From Hemiscyllium ocellatum (taxonomy: Eukaryota), in assembly GCF_020745735.1 (NCBI RefSeq), contig NC_083435.1, positions 36,357,090 through 36,421,089 on the forward strand: DNA of 64,000 nt, written 5' to 3'. This document shows positions 49,312 to 59,978 of the stretch, piece by piece (within the stretch, counting starts at the first letter, position 1; each line of letters starts with the position of its first letter). A program made the translations under genes and the position numbers. A model generated the notes under the pieces. That model had not been told where the DNA came from. It did not search any database and saw nothing but the letters and a program-made list of their open reading frames with translations.

Positions 49312-52300
49312 ATTTTTTTGACAACACCTAAACTTTTAAAACTATGAACATACTTTGATAGCTCTTTCTGAGATTGACCTTAGATTTTCTGAGACTCACA
49401 CTTCCCCAGACTGGGTAAAATGATGGTGGGTGGAATTCCCTCTTTTAGTGAGGAGGGGAGGTGATGACGAGGTGGTATTATCACGAGACTATTAATCCAG
49501 AGACCTGAATAACATCCTGGTGACGTGAGTTTGTATTCCATATGTTAGATGGTGGAAGTTGATTTGAATGAAAATCTGGAATTAAGAGTCTAATAATGAC
49601 AATGTAACCATTGTTGTGTAAACCTGTTTGGTTCATGAATTCCCTTTTGGGTGGAAATCAGCCGTTCTCACCTCCATGTGACTCCAGACATACAGCAGTG
49701 TGGGTAACTCTCAACTGCCCTCTGACCAATTAGGATTGATTTATAAATGCTAGACCAGACAGGAATAATGCTGTTTATGATTTATAGAAATTACGTAAAG
49801 TTAAATGTTCGAGGGTTATTCAGTAAGTTCTCAGATGATATGAAATGAGCGTGATAGGACATAGTGAAGAGGATAGCCTTCGATTACAGGAAGATATAGA
49901 AGTTCTGGTCAGGTGGGCTGATCAGTGCCAAATGGAATTCACTCTGAATAAGGCGAAGATGATGCACTGGGGCAGGACAACCAAGGCAAGGGAATACATG
50001 ATGGATCCTGGGAAGCACCGAGAATCAGAGGGCCCTTGATGTGCTGGTCACTGGTCCCTTAAGGTATTAGGACAGGGAGATGAAGTGGTTAAGAAGGCAT
50101 GTGTTACACTTGCCTTTTATTAGCTGCGTCATAGATTTGAAGATAAAGGAAGTTACACCGGACATGGATCAAAACTTGGTTATATCACAGCGAGATGATT
50201 GTGTACAGTTCTGGAATCCATATTACGGCACGGTGGCTCAGTGGTAAGCACTGCTGCCTCACAGTGCCAGGGACCCATGTTCGATTCCCACCTCGGTGGC
50301 CTGTCTGTGTGGAGTTTACACTTTCTCCCTATTTCTGTGTGGGTTTCCTCTGGGTGCTCCAGTTTCCTGCCACAGTCCAAAGATGTGCAGGTTAGGGTGA
50401 ATTGGCCATGCTAAATTGCCCATAGTGTTAGGTGCATTAGTCAGAGGGAAATGTAGGGAAATGAACAAAGAACAAAGAAAATTTACATCACAGGAACCAG
50501 CCCTTCGGCCCCCCAAGACTAAAACTGTTGCTCAATTCTTCAGCATCTGTATCCCTCTGCTCCCCACCTACTCATACATCTGTCCAGACGCACCTTAAAT
50601 GAATCTATCGTGCCTGCCTCTACCACCTCTCCTGGCAACGCATTCCAGGCACCTACCACCCTCTGTGTGAAGTATTTGCCGCATGTATCCCCCTTAAACT
50701 TTTCACCTCTCACCTTGAATGTGTGACCTCTCGTTATTGAATCCTTCACCCTGGGAAAAAGCTTATTCCTATCCACCCTGTGTATACCCTTGATGATTTT
50801 GTAGACCTCAATCAGGTCCCCCCTCAATCTCCTTTTTTCTAATGAAAACAATTCTAACCTACTCAACCCCTCTTTATAGCTAGCACCCTCCATACCAGGT
50901 AACATCCTCATAAACCTTCTGTGCACCCTCTCCAAAGCTGAAAATGTGTTGCTGGAAAAGCGCAGCAGGTCAGGCAGCATCCAAGGAGCAGGAGAATCGA
51001 CGTTTCAGGCATGAGCCCTTCTTCAGCTCTGATCTCCAGCATCTGCAGTCCTCACTTTCACCCTCTCCAAAGCGTCCACATCCTTTTGGTAATGTGGCGA
51101 CCAGAACTGTATACAGTATTCTAAATGCGACCGAATCAATGTCGTGTACAATGTTAACATGACCTGCCAGCTCTTATACTCAATACCCCGTCCGATGAAG
51201 GCATGCCTTCTTGACCACTCTATCCACCTGTGCAGCAACCTTCAGGGTACACTGGACCTGCACTCCCAGATCTCTCTGCTCATCAACCTTTCCCAAGACT
51301 TTACAGTATATTTCGCTCTAGAATTAGACTTCCCAAAATGCATCACCTCACATTTGTCTGGATTGAACTCCATCTGCCACTTCTCCGCCCAACTCTCCAG
51401 TCTATCCATATCCTCCTGTATTCTTTGACAGTCCCCTATGCTTTCTGCTACCTCACCATTCTTTGTATCTTCTGCAAAATTACTGATCAGACCAACTATG
51501 TCCTCTTCCAGATCGTTTATGTATATCACAAACAACAATGACCCCAGCACTGACCCCTGTGGAACACCACCGGTCACCTTTCTCCATTTGGAGCAACTCC
51601 CTTCAACTACTACTCCCTGTCTCCTGTTGCTCAACCAGTTCTTTATCCACCAAGCTAGAACACCCTGCACACCATGTGACTTCACTTTCTCCATTGGTTT
51701 ACTGCGGGGAACCCTATCAAATGCCTTACTAAAGTCCATGTATATGACATCTACAGCCCTTCCTTCATCTATCAACTTGGTCACTTCCTCAAAGAACTCT
51801 ATTCAGTTCGTAAGGCACGATCTCCCCCACACAAAACCATGTGGCCCTATCACTGATAAGCCCATTCTTTACTAAATATAAGTAGATTTTATCCTTCAGT
51901 ACCTTCTTCAGCAAGTTTCCCACCACTGACGTCAGGCTCACTGGTCTGTCATTACCTGGAATATCCCTACTACCCTCCTTGTACAGGGGAACAACATGAG
52001 CAACCCTCCAGTCCTCCAGCAGCTCACCTGTGTTTAAGGACACTGCAAAGATATCTGTCAGGGCCCCAACTATTTCCTCTCTCGCCTCTCTCAGTAACCT
52101 GGGTTAGATCCTATCAAGTCCTGGAGATTTGTCCACCTTAATATCCTTTCGCCTATCCAACACATCTTGCCTCTTTATGTCAACGTGATCCAGAGTAAAC
52201 AAACTTCTCTCTCTAATCTCATGTCCCTCTCCTCAGTGAACACTGATGCAAAGTAATCATTGAGAATCTCACCCACTTTCTCAGGTTCAACACACAACCT

Positions 52301-55300
52301 TCCTTCCTTATCCTTTAGTGGACCAACCCTTTCTCTAGTTATCTTCTTGCTTCTTCTATATGAATAAAAGGCTTTGGGATTCTCCTTATTTCATGACCCC
52401 TTTTAGCCGCTTTATTACTTGTTTAAGATTGGTCTGAATCTCCCTCTAAGGCCCATTCTGTTCTAAGCTGCCTGGACCTTATGTACGATTCCCTTTTCCT
52501 CTTGGCAAGTTGCATAATTTCTCCGATCGTCCACGGTTCATGAATCTTGCCTTTCCTATCCCTTGCCTTTAACGGGACATGCCTATCTTCAACCTGTCTT
52601 TGAAAGTCTCCCACATCTCAAATGTGGACTTCCCTTCAAATATCTGTGTCCAATCCACATTTCCCAGCTCCTGCCTAATTTTGATATAATTGGCCTTGAC
52701 CCAGTTTAGTACTCTTCCCTTAGGACCACTCTCACCTTTATCTACGAGTATTCTAAAACTTACAGAATTGTGGTCACTATTCCCAAAGAAAACCCCCCAC
52801 TGCAATTTCTACCACCTGGCCTGGTTCATTCCCCAACACCAGATCCAATATGGCTGCTTCCCTTGTCAGACTATTGACATATTGCTCCAGAAAACTTTCC
52901 TGGATGCTCCTTATAAAATCTGCCCCATCCAGACCTCTGACACTAAATGTATTCCAGTCAATGTTGGGAAAATTAAAATCTCCCATCATCACCACCTTGT
53001 TGCCTTTATATCTTTGCATAATCTGTTCACCTATTTGTTCTTCTACTTCACGCTCACTGTTGGGAGGCCTGTAATACAGCCCCAACAATGTAACTGAGCC
53101 CTTCTTATTTCTCCAACCCACCAATAATGCCTCACTACCCAAGCCCTCCATAGTGTCCTCCTTTAGCACAGCCGTGATATCATCGCCGACCAGCAATGCA
53201 GCTCCTCCCCCGCTTTTACTTCCCTCCCTGTCCTGTCTGAAGCAGCTATACCCTGGAACATTTAGTTGCCAATCATGCCCTTCCTTCAACCAAGCCTCTG
53301 TGATCTCAATAATGCCGTACTCCCAGGCACCAATCCAAGCCCTAAGTCCCTCTGCCTTACCCACAAAACGTCATGCATTAAAGTATATGCACTTCAGGCC
53401 GCCAGTTCTTTTGCGTTCATCTGCTGTCTGCCTACTCTTCCCCTTGGCAATACTAACTTCATGATCCTTTCAGTCTCAGTTTCCAACTCACTGTCTACTA
53501 GTTGTCTCTTCTGGTTCCCAGCCCCCTGTCGCATTAGTTTAAATCCTCCCCAACAGCAGAAGCAAAAACTCCCCCAAGGACATTAGTTCCAGTCTGGTTC
53601 AGATGTAGACCAACAATTTGTAATAGTCCCACCTTCCCCAGAACTGGTCCCAATGTCTCACAAATCTACACCATCCCTCAAGCCCCATGTTCATCCTGCC
53701 TATTCTTTCATTTCTCCCCTGGCTAGCACGTGGCACTGGGAGTAATCCCGAGATCACTACCTTTGAGCTCCTCCACTTTAACTTCATCTCAATTTTTTAC
53801 TGATATCGTTGGTGCCCATATGGGAGTCCCGTTTTCGGCCACAGAACCGCCGATCTAATCTCCTTACACTTGGAAGAAGTGTGTCCAGCTGCAGCTCTTG
53901 TTTGACCGTGTGGTGGCTCTGGAAGTGCGGTTGGACTCACTGTGGGGCATCCGAGACACTGAGGAGGTCGTGGGTAGCACGTTTAGTGAACTGGTCACAC
54001 CGCAGGTTAGAACTGCTGAGGGAGACAGTGAATGGGTGACCAAAAGGCAGAAAAAGAGCAGGAAGGCAGTGCAGGTGTCCCCTGCGGTCATCTCCCTCCA
54101 AAACAAGTATACCGCTTTGGATACTGTTGGGGAGATGGCTCACCAGGGGAGGGCAGCAGTTTCCAGGATCATGGCACCGTGGTGGGCACTGCTGTTCAGA
54201 AGGGCGGGAATAAGACTCGCAGGGCCATAGTCAGAGGGGATTCTGTTGTAAGGGGAATGGGTTCATGGGTTCATATTCCTCGGAGGATCAGTGTGAACAT
54301 GTTGGGCATAGAACCTGTTTCTACACAGTTGGGATTCTATTTTTAAAAAATCAAAATAACGAGAGTTAAAGCTTCAAGAGAGTCCATGAGTCCTGATCAT
54401 TGATGATGCTGCACCACTATCCCTCTCCCACTGCCTCGCCCACTCTCTACACTGGACCCAACCAACGTTGAAGCTGCCACTCTTCAGGCGCCATCTTGTA
54501 TATCTGGGCCAATTCTCCTCTGCCACCACCTTGCTGCCACCCGCACCGGATCCACCAACATCAGAGTCTCATCTCTCACCATTTAGCCAACCTCATCAAT
54601 GTCACTGTGAGGCCCTCCCACCACTGTATCTCCATCACTAGAGCTGGGTCCAACCAATGATGAAGTTACTGATCCTCAGGTGCCACCTTTCGCTGCTGGG
54701 CCGACCCCACCAACATCGCCCCCGCTGGGTAGCAGCTGCCAATTCTGATGCCAGCTCCCCATGCTCGGCCCTGGTAAAGTAAGTAAGCAAGGCTCACTTA
54801 CCACCATCACAAGGTCCACACTAGGCCCAGTCGAGTCCACACTGGGATACCTTGCTGCTGCTGATGCTGTCCAAACTCAGGAAAAGAGGTGAGTACAAAC
54901 AGAACGACCAAAAAAATGGAAAAGCATTCAGAGGAGACGTGGAGCTATATTCTACCGCCATCTTGATGAGACATCATGCCTGTAATTTCTTTTTGAATAC
55001 ATTAGATTCCCAATCATGTGGAAACAGGCCCTTCAGCCCAACAGGTCCACACCGACCCTCCAAAGAGTATCCACCCAGACCCATTTTTTTGTCTTTATCT
55101 TCCTGTCCGGGAGCAGTGGGAGACAGAGTGGAGGTGATGTTGGAGACCATGAACCCATTCCACATTACTCTACATTTACCCCTGACTAATGCACCTCACC
55201 CACATTCTCGAACACAATAGGCAATTTAACATGGCCACTTTACCTGACCTGCACATCTTTGGATTGGGGGAGGAAACCCATGCAGACAAGGGGAGTATGT

Positions 55301-57640
55301 GCAAACTCCACACAGACAGTCGCCTGAGGCTGGAATCGAACCTGGGTGCCTGGCACTGGGAGGCAGCAGTGCTAACCACTGAGTCACTGTGCCATCCCCT
55401 TGTTCTTAAAACTAATCAAAATGGCGTCAGATTGTGGTGACAGTGAAAAATCTTCTCACTGTATTTTACTGTTTTCTCACTGTAAAATACACATGACAAT
55501 GAAATCATTAGTTCATTCACGTGATAGGACTGGAGAGGGTGTAGAGGAGATTTACCAGGATATGCCTGGTCTAGAGACCGGGGAATAGATATTATATAAG
55601 TCTGAGAACATCCACATTAATACTGAGAACGTTCCGAGGAGCTGTGAGGAAAAGTGGGTCGTGGGAATCTGGAACTCACTATCTGTTAGGATGTTGGGGC
55701 AGAAACCCTCATTAGCATTTAAGGAGTATTTAGATGTGCCCTTGTGATTCCAAGGCTGACAAGGCTATGGCCAAATGCTTGAAAATGGGATGAGAACAGT
55801 TATTGGTTGTTGTTAACATGATGCGCTGAAGGGTCTCTCTCTGTGCTGCAGGCATCTCTGTCTCTGTCACCCCCACATCCCAGGAGCAGGTTAATGAGGT
55901 TAATGTGACCAGTGCTTATCGTTCACTCAACTGAATCTCCACTATACCCCCCTCCAAGAACAGTCTGTCTGATGTGAGGTTTGATGTTCAGGACACAATG
56001 TCATTCTCTGGATAGAGTCTGACCGAAGGTGCACTTTGCCACTTTATATTGTAACCCCCTTGAGATAAAGGCCAACACTCTATTAACTTTCTGTGTTTTT
56101 TAATGAAACATGCATGAGATTTTTAATGATGTTTATACATGGCCTTGTTAAATGCATTATATTTAACCTCACAACATAATCTCACAACAGCAGGAAAGGG
56201 TTCAGATTTGTCTTCCTCAGATCTAAAGTGGTTGATTGCACACTTCCCCACATTGGATAAAACGGAAGCAGATGGAATTCACTCATTTACCCTGTTACTG
56301 TCCCTTGAGTCCGTCTCTTAACCTAGCGCCTTCTGTAAACATGGATATTATCCCCCTAGATTGGGACAACACGGTGTTTACACCCCCTTCAATAGGACCT
56401 TTAGGGACTTCACTGGAGAGTGAAACTGGGTGATGGTCAAACCAATGTTAAACCAATCCCATCAAGTCCCAACGGACACGTTCTTTTCAATTGTCTCGAA
56501 TTGACACGAATTGGGGACGGATCCAGGAACACAGATAATCCTGATGTTATTCAAATGTATTTCAGAAGTCCTGAAAAACAGTGCAGGATATGCTCATCTT
56601 GGAATTGTGATTGGATTAGTCGCTGCAATGGCTGCAATATTCGGAATAATCATCTGGAAAAAACCCTGGAGAGGTAAGAATCAGAGGGAGGGGAATGTGG
56701 AAGTGAGGGGACAGGGTGAGTGTGGGGGAATCTCCAGTACTGGGAGTACAGGGCACTGTGGAGAATGGAACTGAATAAACCCCGACACACACATACACAC
56801 GTATACACACGTCCTGTCCCATGTCTGACTTTCCTTCAGGTGATCGGCCCAGTCCAGGTCCAATATTGATCATTAAACCCTTCACACACTCTCACCTCCT
56901 CACTGACTGAATATCAATGGGATGGGAGAGATCTCCAGCATCTCCATAAAAGGTTAGGATGGAAAGGAATGTGGGAGCTAGGATTTCTTACAGAACCTCA
57001 ATTCCCTCACACTGTGTTGTCATCCTTTGAGAATGGAGTATTCCCCATTCTAATGGGCATTTATTTTGTTTCTGCAGGTTCACCAGGTGGGACCTATACA
57101 ACAGCTCCCAGGAAGTGACTGAGGGGACAGAATGTTGGGAATGATGGGAGAGGGATTTGCAAGTACAGAGTTACATTGCACTGAGTGTTCCTCAGGCTGA
57201 CACATCTGCCACCCTCCTCACTCTGAAGACCCTCAAACTCTTGTCTCTTATCCCACTTCTTCCTCATTTTCACACCTTCTTCCCCCCTCATTCGTCTCCA
57301 TCCAATTCTTTGCTTTTTCATCCGTTATCCCCCATCCATCACCAGTCAGTTCCTGTTCCCTCAGGCCCCAGTGTCCCACTGCCTCACCCTTCACTTCCCC
57401 ATCCCCCACACTGCACTCCCTCAACCCCACCATCCACTCTCTCCCTCCAATCCCTCTTCCTCCACTCCCTTTGTGCTGTGCCCCCTGGGTCTGGTTTGTT
57501 AATGCTGAGGGGAATTGAATCCTGGGTCCTGTGACTGAGCGACAATAACTCAAAATGGTCACGTTTATATTTTGTTCCATTTCTCACGGTCTGATTTTAT
57601 TTTCTCAGCTTCTGATATGTCTGTTCCAGCTCCTTCATGA
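42490..57640 (+). CDS. Non-classical MHC class I heavy-chain gene 2 (all coding exons open; leader and cytoplasmic-1 donors mutated)
   Basis: Exons: leader 42490-42541, alpha1 44987-45247, alpha2 48589-48864, alpha3 48982-49260, TM 56566-56673, cytoplasmic 57078-57110 and 57609-57640. Predicted mature N-terminus [14 protein letters not shown]. Functional status is uncertain. Possibly the UEA lineage, which is not confirmed. Confidence 0.88.
44987..45247 (+). CDS. Class I gene 2 alpha1 exon
   Basis: TTTGCAG| (D)[20 protein letters not shown]...[16 protein letters not shown]...EYWE...STNRTS(G) |GTAAGG. 261 nt. Confidence 0.93.
45285..45590 (-). mobile_element. V-SINE
   Basis: AATGTGTAAACTCCAT...CCTGGGTCCCTGATGCTGTGAG...GTGCTCACCACTGAGC. 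Confidence 0.75.
45800..45975. mobile_element. Penelope-type hairpin with hammerhead core
   Basis: The ~45811-45875 arm is an imperfect reverse complement of ~45918-45973. Core CTGATGA-G-GGAGC-AAC-GCTTC-GAAAG at 45890-45915. Confidence 0.6.
46225..47405 (-). mobile_element. CR1 LINE 3' fragment with internal deletions
   Basis: [69 protein letters not shown]. Tail ACAAAGAACAAAG. Confidence 0.88.
48589..48864 (+). CDS. Class I gene 2 alpha2 exon (no cysteines)
   Basis: CCGATAG| (G)[12 protein letters not shown]...[10 protein letters not shown]...TKEKW...[24 protein letters not shown] |GTATAT. 276 nt. Confidence 0.93.
48982..49260 (+). CDS. Class I gene 2 alpha3 exon (C1-set Ig domain)
   Basis: [10 protein letters not shown]...[23 protein letters not shown]...[13 protein letters not shown]...[10 protein letters not shown]. 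Both Cys and the Trp are present. Donor GTAAGG, followed by (TG)n at 49278-49309. Confidence 0.96.
50225..50460 (+). mobile_element. V-SINE
   Basis: GGCACGGTGGCTCAGTGGTAAGCACTGCTGCCTCACAG...GTTCGATTCC...TGTGTGGAGTTTACAC. Confidence 0.85.
50461..53790 (-). mobile_element. CR1 LINE, ORF1 end plus most of ORF2, degenerate, in the alpha3-TM intron of gene 2
   Basis: [84 protein letters not shown]. Tail ATGAACAAAGAACAAAG. Confidence 0.9.
50939..51058. mobile_element. 120-bp internally inverted Penelope-derived insert with perfect 15-bp TSD (same family as 2565-2776)
   Basis: TSD CACCCTCTCCAAAGC at 50924-50938 and 51059-51073. The insert is the reverse complement of the hammerhead-bearing arm followed by the forward 3' end CTCTGATCTCCAGCATCTGCAGTCCTCACTTT. 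Confidence 0.82.
53860..54260 (+). mobile_element. CR1 ORF1 fragment (separate element)
   Basis: [22 protein letters not shown]...SELVTPQV...ISLQNKY...[12 protein letters not shown], homologous to ORF1 at 59081-59930. Confidence 0.7.
55003..55395 (-). mobile_element. V-SINE with a ~70-bp internal interruption
   Basis: ATCATGTGGAAACAGGCCC...GTGCAAACTCCACACAG...GTGCTAACCACTGAG. Confidence 0.75.
56566..56673 (+). CDS. Class I gene 2 connecting peptide/transmembrane exon
   Basis: ATTTCAG| (E)[35 protein letters not shown](G) |GTAAGA. 108 nt. Confidence 0.9.
57078..57118 (+). CDS. Class I gene 2 cytoplasmic exon 1; donor is GG, and read-through gives [13 protein letters not shown]
   Basis: TTTCTGCAG| GTTCACCAGGTGGGACCTATACAACAGCTCCCA-GGAAGTGA. 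Gene 1 has GTAAGT at this position. Confidence 0.78.
57609..57640 (+). CDS. Class I gene 2 terminal exon ([10 protein letters not shown]), used only if the upstream donor works
   Basis: TTTTCTCAG| CTTCTGATATGTCTGTTCCAGCTCCTTCATGA. Confidence 0.65.
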
Positions 57641-57691
57641 TTCGGTGAGTGACATTTTAATGTAGCTCCAGTGATAGGTAACATTTTCACG

Positions 57692-58743
57692 CCCCACCTG
57701 ACCCTGTCCCACCCTCCCAGTCACTGTTAAACTCTGTCAGACTAATTCTCCTCCCCCCACACCCTGTCCCACCCTCCCAGACACTGTTAAACCCTGTCAG
57801 ACTAATTCCCCTCCCCTCCTGACCCTGTCCCACCCTCCCAGACACTGTTAAACCCTGTCAGACTAATTCCCCTCCCCTCCTGACCCTGTCCCACCCTCCC
57901 AGACACTATTAAACCCTGTCAGACTAACCCCCCTCCCCTCCTGACCCTGTCCCACCCTCCCAGTCACTGTTAAACTCTGTAAGACTAATTCCCCTCCCCC
58001 CACACCCTGTCCCACCCTCCCAGACACTGTTAAACTCTGTCAGACTAATTCCCCTCCCCCCACACCCTGTCCCACCCTCCCAGACACTGTTAAACTCTGT
58101 CAGACTAATTCCCCTCCCCCCACACCCTGTCCCACCCTGTCAAACCCTGTCAGACTGATTCCCCTCTCCTCCTCACCCTGTCCCACCCTCCCAGACACTG
58201 TTAAACCCTGTCAGACTAATACCCCTCCCCTCCTGACACTGTCCCACCCCCCCAGACACTGTTAAACCCTGTCAGACTAACTCCCCTCGCTCCCTGCCCC
58301 TGTCTCACCCTCCCAGACACTGTTAAACCCTGTCAAACTAATTCGCCTCCCCTCCTGACACTGTCCCACCCTCCCAGACACTGTTAAACCCTGTCAGACT
58401 CATGCCTCTCCCTTCCTGACCCTGTCCCATCCTCCCAGACAGTGTTAAACGCTGTCAGATTGATGCCCCTCCCCTCCTGACCCTGTCCCACCCTCCCAGA
58501 CCCTGTTAAACCCTGTCAGAATAATTCCCCTCCCCTCCTGACCCTGTCCCGCCTTCCCAAACACTGTTAAGCCCTGTCAGACTAATTCTCCTCCCCTCCT
58601 AACCATGTCCCACCCTTCCAGTCAGTGTTAAACCCTACCAGACTAATTTCCCTGACCCTGACCCACCCTCCCAGACACTGTTAAACCCTGCCAGACTAAT
58701 TCCCCATCCCTCCTCACCCTATCTCACCCTCCCAGACACTGTT
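57692..58743. repeat. 61-bp minisatellite, ~17 units, downstream of gene 2
   Basis: Same unit as 26513-27310, more degenerate toward the 3' end, and abutting the CR1 5' end. Confidence 0.95.
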
Positions 58744-59080
58744 GTCTCTCTCGGCGGACCAAGTAACGGCTGTGTGGTGGTGTTTTTGAAGTCGCGGGGT
58801 AAGTCCAGTTCGTGTTTTTTTTTAAACAGCTAAAAGTTTTAAAGTTTTTTTTTAAAGCGCCTGGCGGACCCGGAAGCTGGTGTCGCGCTAGGTTACCTGG
58901 GTAGGGTTTTTTTCTTCTATAAGCGCGCAGGCGAGGAACCCGAGGCACTACAGGGGTAGAGCCTTCCACCCGCCCTCCTCCTCTAACCTAATAATAAGAC
59001 CCGTTGTGGCAAGCAGGTAAGTGCTGCATTTTGCTTGTTTGTTTCTTTAGATTTAGTTTTAAAGCTTACTTTTTAGAGGG

Positions 59081-59932
59081 ATGGCAGTGCAGGCAGTGCA
59101 ATGTTCCTCTTGCAACATGTATGAGGTGAGGGAAGCCATTAGCATCCCTGCTGATTACACTTGCAAGAAGTGCATCCATCTCCAGCTCCTCCAAGACCGC
59201 GTTAGGGAACTGGAGCTGGAGTTGGATGAACTGCGGATCATTCGGGAGGCAGAAGGGGGTCATAGATCAGAGCTTTAGGGAAGTAGTTACACCGAAAGTT
59301 ATAGACAGATGGGTGACAGTGAGGGGGAGTGGGAGGAACCAGCCAGTGCAGGGACCCCCTGCGGTCATTCCCCTCAAGAACAAGTATACCGTTTTGGATA
59401 CGTGTGGGGGGGATGACTTACCAGGGGTAAGCAACGAGGTTCAGGCCTCTGGCACGGAGCCTGTCCCCGTTGCTCAGAAGGGAAGGGTGGAGAAAGGTAG
59501 AGCGATAGTTCTTGGGGACTCAATAGTGAGGGTACAGATAGGCGGTTTTGTGGGGGCGACAGAGACTCACGATTGGTATGTTGCCTCCCAGGTGCAAGGG
59601 TACGTGATGTCTCTGATCGTGTTTTCCGGGTCCTGAAGGGGGAGGGGGAGCAGCCCCAGATCGTGGTCCACGTTGGCACCAACGACATAGGTAGGAAGAG
59701 GGGTGAGGATGTCAGGCAGGCTTTCAGGGAGCTAGGTTGGAAGCTCAGAGCTAGAACAAACAGAGTTGTTGTCTCTGGTTTGTTACCCGTGCCACGTGAT
59801 AGAGAGTCGAGGAATAGGGAGAGAGAGCAGTTAAATGCGTGGCTACAGGGATGGTGCAGGAGGGAGGGATTCCGGTTTCTGGACAACTGGGGTTCTTTCT
59901 GGGGAAGGTGGGACAGGATGGTCTACACCTGA
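59081..59932 (+). pseudogene. CR1 ORF1 (zinc finger plus SGNH esterase), in three frames
   Basis: QCSSCNM...YTCKKCIHL; AIVLGDSIVR; VCCLPGARV...HVGTND. Frameshifts near 59258 and 59533 and a small deletion near 59915. Confidence 0.82.
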
Positions 59933-59978
59933 ACCTGAGGGGCACCAGTATCCTTGGGGGGAGGTTTGCTAGTGCTCT

